Shown in pieces: positions 36,410 to 48,659 of a DNA stretch of 64,000 nt. How positions within the stretch are numbered: the first letter of the stretch is position 1; every line of letters begins with the position of its first letter. A program made the position numbers and the translations under genes. Under the pieces are notes generated by a model. The model searched no databases and was not told the origin of the DNA. It saw only the letters and a program-made list of their open reading frames with translations. Source of the stretch: Entomortierella parvispora E1425 (Eukaryota > Fungi > Mortierellomycota); assembly GCA_020891255.1 (NCBI GenBank), contig BQFW01000012.1:1240001-1304000 (forward strand), read 5' to 3'.

Positions 36410-38901
36410 TCAGAAGCCAGGAAAGTACATGCCCAGATCATCTTGCTCTCCGACTGGGTAGACTCCATATTGTTCTGCGTCTTCTGGGTAATCATCAAAG
36501 TTGCTGGCATCGCCTTCGCCCATGATCGTTGGTCTATAGGGAGCCTCGATCTGTCGAGAGTAAACCTGGTCCCAGTTGACACCTTCGAACCAAACGTGGT
36601 TCTTGATGTCGGTGGCGCCTCCTCTCAAGTTTCCGTACCGCTTGGTCAGATCCGAGGTCAAGAGTCGCTTCAAAAGATCCTTCAGTGCTGGTTGAAAGTG
36701 GGGCGGATACCGGACCTTGCCTGCCATGATCTTTCCATAGAGCTTGATATGATCCTCGTCAAAAAATGGTGGGAATCCTGCACACATTTCAAACATCAAG
36801 ACGCCCATGGACCACCAGTCCACCGCTTTTCCGTATCCCTTTGATTGAATGATTTCTGGTGCAAGGTAGTCGGGAGTACCACAAAGGGTCCATGTCATGT
36901 TCTGAGGTACGTGCTTGGCAAATCCAAAGTCCGTGATCTTGATGTGCCCCATAGAGTCCAGCAGCAGGTTCTCGGGTTTGAGATCACGGTAAATGACGGC
37001 GTGGGAGTGCAGGTACTCGAGTGCCAAGAGAACCTCGCAGGTATAAAATCGCGCGACATGCTCCGGGAAGCGCTATTATGTTCAATTAGGGAAAGAGGTC
37101 AGGCTATTGGAATAGAAGGGAGCAGGGAAGAACAAGGAGGGAAAAAAAAGAGCTGGGTGGATCGGGTGCCTGGCCGGTGGTTGGTCCAGGCCGAGTTCAT
37201 GCACAACATGAACACAAAGATATTCCTGTCGTGCAACCTGTCCCCATCCGTGCAGTATTTTATGTTTGCGCCCTCCTTTGGGGGGGTCTCCCGCAACACA
37301 GATGCACCCGTCAGTGCTCTCGCTCTACGCTCTCGACTCATTTTGCATAGATGTCGTGTCTTGTTTGAGTCTGTCGTCTTGGTAGCGACCCCCATTCTTT
37401 GTGAACACCAACCCAGCTCCACTCAAAACAGTTGGCCCAGCCCACTTTTTGTCCTCCCATTCAATGCACTGGACCCCGTGTTCTCTCCACTTCATTCTTG
37501 ATGGATGACTCGCCTGTCAACGACCAGAGTTCTCTGTGCAACTCGAGAGGGAGGTTTTTTTTGTCTTCCACATCACCAATGCACCTGCCCCCGCCCCTCT
37601 ACTCACTCTCAGTTATTATTTTTTTTACTTCCCCGCTCAGTCTCTGTGAGAGTCACTCCACCGACTCACCTCACCCCAGTGTTCTCACCTGCCCACTTGC
37701 TCTCGCCTCTTTTCAATTTTGCATGAATGCTCCAAATTTCGGGGGAGAAAAGAAAAAAAAAGAGAATGAACGAAAAAGATAAAGGGACGGAATTGGTCAA
37801 AGGCAGGGGGGGTGGTGTGCCTAGAAAACTATTTTTGTTTTTTTTTTCTCTGGACGACCAACACCCATTGCCGCTTTACCCGCAGGAGTGGAATGAGATA
37901 ACAAACAGAACATTGAGATTGCAATATGAACGCCCTCCAGTACGCTACTGTCTTGCTCTTACCTGGCTCTTTCGCAGCACTGTGAATAGTTCTCCTCCGA
38001 CGACATAGTCCATGACCATGTACAGGTTCCGGACGTCCTGGAAAGTGCCCCACATGTTGATCAGGAACGGATGTTCGACTCGCTCCAGGATCATCTTTTC
38101 GTTGTTGGTATGCTCCACTTGCTTCAGCCGGACGACTTCAGTCTTTTTGAGGACCTTCATGGCATAGAATCGAGAGTTGAACCGGGACTGGACCAGATGA
38201 ACGCGTCCGAACGACCCTGTGCCTAGTGTACGATGGATTCGGAAATCATCCAGGTTGAACTTTCGTCGGGTGGCCGCTTGCTGTTGCGGAACTCTTTGCT
38301 GTACTGCTGGCTGAGCTGCTTGCTGCATTTGTTGTGGTTGCGACTGAGTTTGTGCCTGCTGTTGCTGTTGCTGTTGTTGGGCCAAGAGTTGTTGCTGCTG
38401 CTGCTGCTGCAATTGCTGGGCTTGGAGTTGCTGTTGCTGTTGCTGTTGCTGTTGTTGGGCCAAGAGTTGTTGCTGCTGCTGCAGCTGCAATTGCTGGGCT
38501 TGGAGTTGCTGTTGCTGTTGTTGTGCCAAGAGAGCCAGTCTCTGGGCCTGCTCGGCCTGTTGGGCCTGCAGGGCCGCCTGTGATTGTGCCAGTGCTTGAA
38601 CTTGGACTTGGCTATCCTGCTGCCGTGGAGGTGACCGTGGCTGTTGTACTTGTTGTTGTTGCTGCAACTGTAATTGCTGCTGCTGAAGTTGCTGCTGCTG
38701 CTGCTGAAGCTGAAGCTGTTGTTGCTGTTGTTGCTGTTGTTGCTGTTGTTGCTGTTGTTGCTGTTGTTGCTGTTGTTGCTGTTGTTGCTGTTGTTGCTGT
38801 TGAAGAAGTTGTTGCTTCTGCTGCTCCAGTTGTTGATGTTGTTCTAGTTGCTGACGTTCGGACAGAGATGTTTCTGCAGAGACCATTTCGACAGATTGCA
38901 T
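36410..38901 (-). CDS. pkaC: cAMP-dependent protein kinase catalytic subunit with polyQ N-terminus
   Basis: Exons 38901-37963 and 37072-36410. [56 protein letters not shown] tail GDASNFDDY. Confidence 0.97.
38311..38848 (-). repeat. long CAA/CAG polyQ-encoding region of the PKA N-terminus
   Basis: (TGTTGC/TGCTGT)n runs on the + strand. Confidence 0.9.
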
Positions 38902-41464
38902 TCCACGGATTTTGAATGATTACTAGGGAATGATGGTCCGAGGGCGAAAGTTAGCGTGAGAGAAAGAAGAGGAGAGAGAGAGAGAAGAGAGACGCGTTTC
39001 GGAAGGGACAGGGAGGGAAGCGGGAGCGGGAAAGAAGGGTGGGGGATGGGAAGAGTGAGGACGAGAGGGAGAAAGGGAGAAAGGGAGAAGGAAAAAGAGA
39101 AAGTGAAGTTATGAGAAGAGAGAAGAGAAAAAAAAGAAAAAGAGAAGAAAAGAGGAAAAGAGAAGAGAAGAGCTGAAAAGACACAAAGGAGGCGTGTGAC
39201 GGACACAGACCGACCGACCGACAAGACCGACAAGACCGACCAGGCCAGGCAGGACCAGGCAAATGAAGACAAAGAGGACAGAGACGCGAGAGGAGAGGAG
39301 AGTGAAGTGGCAGTGGTTGTGGCCGCGGAGGGGTGCAGTGCAGTGCAGTGCAGGAGATGAACCCGCATGGTGCTCTCTTGCCCTCGCTCTTGTCGTTCTT
39401 CGTTATTCCGTCTATCTCTTGCTCATTGGCAAGAGACAAGAGACGGCGGGGTGGGTGTGTCGCCCCCCTCTCTCTCTGTCTCTCTCTCTCTCTCTGTCTC
39501 TCCACAACTTTTTTCATCCTTCATACAACCCTCTTCCCCAACCACTACTGCTCGGCTGTTCCTTCATTTCGTCCAGGGGCGGGCTGACAAGAGGCGGAAG
39601 AGGCGAAAGAGGGGCACAAACGCAGGGCAGGATAGGAGAGGATTCAAAAAAAATTGTGCCTCGGGGGGCGCGCGCGCGTTTCGTCGTTCCGATGACAGAG
39701 ACGGACCGACGGACAGGCATGGATGGCATCACCCCACAGTCCATGGCAAGATGACCGTGTCCCATGCCATCCACCTCTCATCCTATGTCTGTGTTCCATC
39801 CACTCTCCTATTCGTTGGTCCACCAGTTCTCTTTACTAGCAAACAGAAACACGACACCGACCTAGAAGAGTCCGTTTACCCGTGCCTGGTCTGGAGCAGC
39901 TCCTGGCCTGTCTGACAAAACAAGCTGTTCTCGGCCCGGTTGCAATCCTTTTGTCCCAGTCCCGTCCTGCAAGGAAAAGACCGTTGTCCCCAACGGACTG
40001 CAAGGGTGAACGGGTCAGACATGGCCAGATAAACTAATCCTTTCCCCCTTCTCTCTCACGCAAACACCCAAAACACAACACCACAAAAAAAGAAACAGCA
40101 TACACAACGACCAGCTTGTCCCAGTTCCGAGGCCAAGGGGAAGGAGAGATAGGTCATTCAAAAAAGGGAGGGAAAGGATTGAAAGGAAGGGACACAGTCC
40201 CCTTCTTTCTCTTTTTTTTTTTTTTTTTTTTTTGTTTCTTCCCGCCTTGTGCATGTTTTCTCTCGTTCTGTAGTCATCTCTTCCCCCTCCACAGGATATT
40301 GTAACAAACGGTGAACGCAAAGAAGTATAAAATAAAGGGACAAGGAGAGAGTCTTTCGTGTCCCGTCCGTTCAATCCTCAAAGGGAATTGTTTTTAGAAC
40401 AAGAGATCCGAGATTGGGAGGAAAAGAAAATAAAAGGTGGAGCAAGAAAAGGGTGAGGAGACGCACTGCACGTCTGCGCGATGCTATGCGATGCCTTGAT
40501 CGACAGAGAAACAAGATAAAAAAAACGTGGAGTTCCCCCGAGGATTGTGTAAGGAGAAAGGCCGGAGGTGTGTCCCTTTTGCAGTCCTGGATAAGTCAGG
40601 ACAGACGCATATCCGTTGGCCAAGGGTCTAGTTGGTTGTGTTGTCAGTCCATGTGAACTGTGCCTTACCTGAGCCAGTGATGATCAGGATGTCCGCTTTG
40701 AGGAAAGAGGACGTGAAGAACGAGAAGACGTGAAGGGGGGAAAGGGACGTGTAATGTTTACCAAAAAGAGAGAGGCAAGGTGCGAGACAGCAGGTCGACC
40801 TGCGGCGTGTGAAGAAAGATGAGATGGAGAAAGATAAAAAGAAAAGAGATGAAAGAAAAGAAAAAAGAGGAAAGAAAAGAAAAAAGGGTGGACGGAAATG
40901 AACAAAAGTGAAACAGACGACACCGATAATACATCCCAAACTCACCGCGAAATGAACAGCAAAAAACCAAAAAAAAAAAAAAGTTCTTCTCTCTTTCACG
41001 CTCGTGGACAACATGAACCCCCCCATCGATCCTCCTTCCTGCTCAGAAATGACGAGAGACGGACATTGGTCACTCACTCTGGGGGGGAAGGAAGGAGCAA
41101 GTAGAGATGGAAGGGGTAACAGACTCCACCCAGTGAAATGACATTGGTCAACCACATCACACAAAAAAGACTGCAGCTGCACAAGATATTAACCCTTGGC
41201 GACACGGGAACCACACTCATTGCGCCAGCCCTGCCAATCTTTTGTCTTTGCATGACTTCAGTATTTCAGGTCATGATCTGAGCATCCTAGGGGACAGAGG
41301 AAAGGATAGCAGGGGGAGCCATTTCTTTTTATATATCTTTTTTTTTTCTTGCAAGATGCCATAGTCTACATATTATTTTTATTGAATGTTGGTGATGCAG
41401 AATTCTGCAGACGACTCCTATTCAGATATCTGCGGTTGCCCCGGGTTTAGAATACTCTCCTTCT

Positions 41465-41764
41465 TTACTTGACCAAGTACTTTGATCGGTCCAAAATCTC
41501 CAAACCATAGACTGGTATTGCTGGCTGTGGCGTGGGTACTTCCTCATACGAGGTCATGGGTGTCATCCCGGTCATCGCGTTGGTGCTTGAGGGCGAGCAA
41601 GGCATGGGGGGGATTTGACTGGGAGGCATGCCCTCCTTTTGAAAGCCGAGGCCTTTATTGGCTATGATATGGTCCTGATCCAAGTTGTGAAAGTAGTAGC
41701 GCGAAGGCTTGTGACCATCTGAAGGGATCGGGCGAGGAGGATATTGGAAACTGTGCATGTCCAT
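41465..41764 (-). CDS. small hypothetical protein (99 aa) at the island edge
   Basis: ATG-to-stop ORF, Pro/Met-rich, no recognisable domain. Confidence 0.3.
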   Translation of the reverse strand: MDMHSFQYPPRPIPSDGHKPSRYYFHNLDQDHIIANKGLGFQKEGMPPSQIPPMPCSPSSTNAMTGMTPMTSYEEVPTPQPAIPVYGLEILDRSKYLVK

Positions 41765-42264
41765 CGCGTTTGTGCAGGATACTTTTGAGGTTGGATGTTT
41801 GTTAGATTGCGAAAGATGAAATGAAACGTAAAGTGAAGGGAGGAAAGGTTTGAGGAAAGGTTTGAGGAGGAGTGTTGCTACATGTACGATCTTTTATCCT
41901 GCTGTGTTCTTTGTCTCAGACCCCTCGGTACTCTGCTCTGAGAGGTGTTTGTTCCGTCTTCGATTGCCAATGTCCTTCACACCGCAGTCCATGGAAACCT
42001 GCCCAGTCGCGTTTGCCCTTCAAATTGGAAGGAAATCACGTGATTTACCTGATTCGTGACGTCACAGCATTTTTATCTGTGGATGTTTAACGCAAGCTTC
42101 GCGTCGAGAAAAAAAAGCTTTGCCACGCGTTTTTGTTTTTTTTCCCTTTTGCACTATATCATCCTTCTTTTACCGCCAACTCCCACGCCATTTCCTTTGC
42201 CATCGAGCATCCCACACATTTCATTTTCTCACCTCACTCCCACGCCAAGAGCATCTCCTCCACC

Positions 42265-45244
42265 ATGTCTGATCCAACGTATGGTGAATTCCGGTCGTTC
42301 ACCAAAGCCAAGTACTATGATCCGCAGACTGGAAGGGACGTGAACATGTATTTTGCTTTGGACAAGATCTTCCACGAAAACGCCGACCCCATCGGCCAGC
42401 TGCTCCTCATGGCGCGTGGCAACCGTCCTATAGGCGCAGATGGCAAGAAAATGAATGTCCATCATATCAATCAAGAAGATCACAAGAAAGGTGGAAACTT
42501 TGCGCTGCTGTCCGAAACCATTCACAAGTGCGAACAACTCCATAAGGCGCCCCCCACCGAGAGAGCTATAAAGAAAGTAGGCCGTAATGCAACCCCCGAT
42601 GAAAAGAAAGCGCAAAAGAACATGCAGAGGGAGTTTCTAAGGGGTTTGACACTGTCAGCAAGAATTTCATTCGTACCATGTTTGCGCACATTGTCGAGGG
42701 CCGTCTTCGTCATCCGGCCGTCACCGAGGCTGTCCGCCAGGGCTTTTTGGAGACTCGTGAATACCGCAACGCCGCCAAATGTGCCATACGCTACCAGTCT
42801 GAACCCAAGGCAGGTGGTATCGAGATTATGACCTCGCCCAGTCTGCCGCCTTGTACCGATATTAGGATGTCTGCTGACAAGAAGTTTCTGAGAGCTACCT
42901 TTAACGGAACCAAGTATTGGCTGCCCATTAGTCCGATCGGCGAAGATGCAGTCTTTTATTTGATCTATACGACCATTTTGGACGGGTCGAGACTTTGCAT
43001 CGATATTTCTGCATGTGGCTCCTTTTACATCGTCCATTTGGATGGATATATTGGATCGAGCACGGACATTGCAAAGACCATGGAGCGAGCAGACTTTTTG
43101 CTCGGGGCAATGTCTTTTGGTCGTGATCCTCGCACAGGTGCTTTGTTCGAGCCGAAGAAAGGTCAGCTCCCTGGCTACAAGAATCCCGTTCTCGAAGAGG
43201 CTAGGTTATTGAGGGAGGATGCTCAGTTCGCGGCGGCAAGGTGTCAATACATTGACGTTTGGCCCTACCCAACCTTGGTCTACGATACCCCTTTCTCTTT
43301 TCCAGAGGAGAAGTGGTGGGATGTTTGGCCAAACCTGCAGTTCCCCAAGTCTTACTTTCGCGTGACTTGGCGTTTAGTGATGTTGGATTTGTGCGGGAAA
43401 CAGGCCTTTTACGACATCCCTGAAGACAATGTTGACACAGAAGCCAAGGTGCTCTTGCGTCCATACCAGGCTCTCATGGATTCTGTGCGGCAGCATGGTG
43501 CCGACTGGATTGAGTCTGAACCTGATTTGTGCAAGGTCAACTTGTACGCCAAAGTGTTTCAAGTTCTCTCGCGCGGCCGAACTTCGAGCAACCTGAAGAA
43601 CATCACAATTCCGCCTCTCACAGAAACACCACCGATGGCATGCTCCACCACCGTGGATGAGCGCGCAGATTTTCGGCTGCCCTTGCCGTCTTCTAGTGAA
43701 ATCGACGATGTTGGTCAAGCGCTGGAGTCTGCCTTCACTACAGCCATTGTCGGAAACCCGGATGACCTGACGCGTGCGGCCCAATACAAAAGTCTTGGTA
43801 TGAGCTGCTCCAGGCAAAACAAATTCGACAAGGCCGCTCTTCATTTTCTGGTGTCCGCCAAAACGTATGCTGGCTGTCTTCAGAAAAGCTTGTTGAATTC
43901 CCAGGTAAAAAACCTTCGTTCAGAACACTGATCTTTACAATTTGGTGGCACATTGGTGGCTTACCTACTTCTCTGTCTTTTCGTTGTGGATGGGTTGTTA
44001 GCCCAGTGGAGTGGGATTGCGCCAAGGAGGGAATACGCGACAGCCTTACGTCTGCGTTGGACTCCATCTACCAAGCGCCCACTGACTGGGTCTTCCAACA
44101 GGATGAAACCAAGTATCCACAGTGGTGGAAGCTGCTCCAGACGCAGTTCGGTGACGCGCTTCATGTTGTCACCAGGGTTCTTAGGGAGCCTCGCTTTCAA
44201 CAGATGGAAGGATCTCAAGCCCAGATTGCTGCACCTCTCGTGGCGCACATACTTCTCGTTCATCTTGCGCACGAGATGCTGATCCAGTTTGAAGAGCTGG
44301 AAGACTTGGACGGCATTCGTCGCATCTGCGGCTTTATGGCGCGCCTGTACCATGAGATGAAAGAGCGGGGTATTCCTGTGAATGAGGACGAGAGCGGAAA
44401 CGCAGAGGGCCGTTGGTCAAGTGTCGCGCAGGCGTCGCGAGATCTCCAGGTCCGTCTCTTTGCCAACACCGACAGAGCCGATCCATTCAAGGTGCTGGAC
44501 AAGGTCCTCCAGGATGATGTTGATGAGTCTCTATCTGCCATCGAAAAAAAGCTGCAACAAGATGGCTATACCTCCACTGATCTCTTGACAGATCCCTTGG
44601 GTAGCTCTGCCTTCAACTCTAAACAAATGACTTCTGAAGGCAAGGTTGAGCAGGCCGAACAAGCCATGGACGCTTATTTTATTCAGGGAGATATAGCAGC
44701 GGCCTTGGCTTGCGCGCTCGTCCTGGTCGACGATGAACGAGTTGCAGAAGCCGCATCCACGTTTGCCGAACGTAAAAGATTTTGGACCAAAGCTAGCACA
44801 ATTGCAGAGTACGCCTACGCTCAACAGAACCTTTTGAGCGCCAAGGAGCTAGTCGCAGGTGTCAGAACCACGCTCGACAAAAGACTATACCGAACAACAG
44901 GGATCGAGAGCAAGGCGGCACTGCTGTCTTACCTCACAGAAGCTTCTACCTTGCTTGAGCCTTGCAAACGTTTGTTTCCAAGAGCATCTGAGGCTATGAT
45001 GGGTCTCATCTACAGCACTATGGCGAGAGTCCACAGAGCATGGCTCGACAGCGATACAGCATCCAAATGGACTATGGCCGCAAAGGCGCGAGAAGAGGCA
45101 GCCAAAGCTGAAAGTGATGAGTTGGGTACAAGATACTACGCTCGTGAATGGCTCTTGGACGATAAAAACAAGAGAAAAGAGGACGCCCTCAAATGCACCG
45201 AGGGGTGGCGAGCTATGGTGGCGACTCTGGTGTGCACTGAATAA
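42265..45244 (+). CDS. LHH-type HNH/EndoVII nuclease toxin-like multidomain protein, paralog A
   Basis: N-terminal LMARGNRPIGADGKKMNVHHINQ..LSETIH..QLH. Frame change at about 42600 (short intron or -1 indel). Probable intron 43865-44001. Collinear with paralog B throughout. Confidence 0.75.
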
Positions 45245-45567
45245 TGATAGATGCTGTAGCTCTCAATGAATAACCTTTGGTACAAGTATTGAAATACCAT
45301 GATTTGGCGCGTGTAGTGTTTGTTGTTTTTCTTTCTTTCTATCCTTCCCGTCCAGTTCGCTTTTTCATGCAACTATCTCCGCTTGACATGCATGTCGACA
45401 TCCCCTGTTCCTGCGCTTTGCTTTGCTTTGCCATACATTTTTCTTTGTCAAGCGTATTCTTTCCTTTGCCAGTTCACTCTCACGCCCTTCCTTTCCCACT
45501 TCACCATCCCAACTCCCCTTTCAACATTCATCCATTCATCCCCTCGCCAAGACCATAAGCGCCAGCT

Positions 45568-48372
45568 ATGTCTGATACATCTGATCAAACACACGTTGAA
45601 GACGGATACCAAGCCAAGAACATTAATCTCAGGAGTGGAAGAGAATCGAGCATGTCCTTCCATTCGGATAAGATCTCCCACGACAACACTGACCTCATCG
45701 GCAAGCTGTTCCTCATGGCACGTGGCGTATGTCCCATCGATTCGGATAACAAGATGTCGAAGGGCAATGGTTTCATTCGCACCATGATTGCCAATATCAC
45801 TGACAGTGGCCCTCATCCGATCGTCGCCGAAGCTGTCAGTCAAGATTTCTTGGGCACCCGTGAGTATCCCGACATTGCCGAATGTGCCGTGCGCTATCAC
45901 TCTGTTCCAAAGCCAGGCGGCATCGAGATCATGACCTTGTCCAGCCTTCCCGAGTGCGGCGAAATCAAACTGGAGGATGACAAGAAATCTCTGTCGGCTG
46001 TCTTCAACAGGACCGAATACTGGTTACCCATGAACGATGTTTCACAGGAGGAGCTCTACTGTTTGGTTCATTCTGCCAGCTTGAGGGTGCCTAGGCTGTC
46101 CATCGATATCTCCACCTATGGATCCTTCTATGCCGTCAATATGGACGGAGGTGTTGGACAGGGAACGATTGTGGCCAAAACTATGGAGCGTGCGTTCTTT
46201 CAACTCTGTGCAATGGCTTTTGGTCGTGATGCCCATTCTGGTGCTTTGTTCGAGCCCAAAAGAGGTCAACTTGCTGACTACAAGAATCCTGTCCTCGAGG
46301 AAGCCAAGCTTTTGAAAGAGGATGCTCAGTACGCAGCGGCAAGGTGCCAGTATATTTCGGCGCGTCCTTACCCGACATTGATCTATAACACACCTTTCTC
46401 CTTACCGGCGCCAGGATGGTTGGATATTTGGCCAAAGTTGGAGTTTCCAAAGTCCTACGTTCGTGTGACCTGGCGTCTTGTGCTGGTGGATTTGTTTGGT
46501 CGATCGGCCTTCTATGATGTTCCTGTAACGAATGTTGAGGCAGAGGCCGAGATCCTCCTGCGCCCCTACAAGGCCCTGATGGAATCCGTGCGGAAGCATG
46601 GTGCCGAGTGGATAGACTCGGAGCCTGATCTGTGCAAGGTGAACATGTACGCCAAAATTTTCCATCTGCTCTCTCGGGCGCGCTCATCCAGTGGATTCCG
46701 AAATTTTGACATTCCGTTCAATATTGCGGAATCGCCCAAGTCTTTTTCTGCCACTGTGGTCGAGCGCGCGGATTTCTTCTCGCCGAGTCCTTTGGAAATC
46801 GACAGTCTTGGACAAGAGTTGGAGTCTGCCCTCACTTTGGCTGTTGTGAATAACCCCGATGACCTGACACGTGCGGCTCAATACAGACGATTGGGCATGA
46901 GCTGCCTCAGATTGAACAAGCTTGACAAGGCCACGCTGCATTTTCTGCAGGCCGCGAAAATGTGTGCCGCTTGCCTTCAGCACCGTTTGTCGGATCCCAA
47001 GGTAATCAATCTTACCTCAATGAACTTTATGGTTTTGTAATAATGTGATTTTGTTGCTTGGATGGTTGCTGATATGAACTGCCATTAGTCGAGTCGTGCG
47101 ATAGAGGCGGAGTACGCCAAGGAAGGAATACGCGACAATTTCGTTTCTGTTCTGGAGACCATTTACCAAATGCCCACAGACTGGGTCTTTCAAAGAGACG
47201 TGTCCAAGCGACCGCCATGGTGGAAAGCCCTCCAGGATCAGTTTGGTGACGCGCTTTGCATTATAGCCACAGTTCTTGAAGACCACTTCTTCTTGTCGAT
47301 GGGGGAACGTCTGGCTCAGAGTGCGGCACCTCTTGTGGTGCACGTGCTGCTTGTTCAGCTGGCACATGAGATGTTGGCCGAGTTTGAAGAACTGCAAGAC
47401 TTGGATGGCATTCGTTGGATCTGCGAGTTCATGGCGCAGCTGTATGGTGGCATGGAGAAGCGGGGCATCGCTGTGAGTACTCGTTACAGCGAAAGCTCAG
47501 AGTATCGTTGGCCAAGTATCGAACTGGCGTCGTTGGCGCTCAAGAGGCGTCTCTTTGACGACACTCATCCAACCGACCCATTCACAGTGTTGGAGAGGGT
47601 CCTACAAGGCGACACTGCTGGTTCATTCTCCTTCAACAAGGAAATTCAGCAGCAGGGTAAATCGTCTGACACCACCCGCTCTCCAGCACTTGATGCCGTA
47701 TGTGACACCCTTTCCAGTTCCCAGCATATCTCTCCAGATGGCAAAGTCATGCAGGCTGAACGGACAATGGATTTTTACTTTATTCAAGGGGACATAGCAG
47801 CCTCCCTGGCCTGTGCCCTCGTCCTGGCTAATGACGAAGAGTATGCCAAGGTATCCACATTTTCCGATCGCGCAAGGTTCTGGACCAAAGCCAGAGTAGT
47901 TGCTGAATACGCCTCTGCTCAACAGAGTCTTATGGGTGCCAAACAGCTCATCCAAGGTGTCCGGTCCACTCTCGACGAAAATAATTACCAGACGTCCTTG
48001 ATCGGGCACAAGGCTGCACTACTTTACTATCTCACGAAAGCCCATGATTTGCTTGATCATAGCCGACGTCCGTTCCCAAGGGCGCCCGAGATCTTGCGGG
48101 GTCTTGTCTACAGCACCATGGCAAGTGTGCACGAAGCCTGGTTCGATAGCAAGACTGCATCTAGGTGGACAGTGGCCGCAGGGTCACGAGGTGAAGTGGC
48201 TGGATCTTGGAGTGATGATCTTGGAGCCAGGATGTACGCTCAAGAATGGCTCTTGGACGCCAAGAGTCAGAAAAAGGAAAGTGCCCTGAAATGCACCAAA
48301 GAGTGGCAGGACATGGTCAAGGCCATGACTGAACTCTCAAGAGTTCCACTGAACAAAGATTCTGAGCCCTAG
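45568..48372 (+). CDS. paralog B of the LHH-fused protein, lacking the nuclease catalytic core
   Basis: Exons 45568-47001 and 47089-48372 are in frame (phase-0 intron). Strong similarity to A, e.g. GGIEIMT, AKTMERA, ALFEPKxGQLxxYKNPVLEEA, WPxLxFPKSYxRVTWRLV, EPDLCKVNxYAK, YFIQGDIAAxLACALVL. Confidence 0.85.
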
Positions 48373-48659
48373 CGTTTTAAATAGACATCCTTTGGTACAA
48401 ATATTATAAAAAGTCCTCCAGCGTTCACTCGGCCGTTCATGGAGGTGCATGCCATTGAAAAGAAACAGACTGTGGCTTGGCCGATCGAGCCCAAAATCAA
48501 TGACACGCGCAGCCTTTAGTCTTTTGCCACCACTTTTTTTCCTGTTCGTCTCCTGCACTTCGCACTTCCCACTCGATCCTCACCACCGGCACTTCCTCAC
48601 CTCCTCACTTCCTCACCTCCTCACCTCATCACCTCCTCACCTCCTCTAACAACCAGGAT

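Noticed and set aside
43865-44006. Apparent second frameshift in toxin paralog A at the exon junction
   Set aside because: The GTAAAA donor at 43905 is out of phase, but a GTATGC donor at 43865 with the TAG acceptor at 44001 restores the frame, so it is not counted as a lesion without cDNA.
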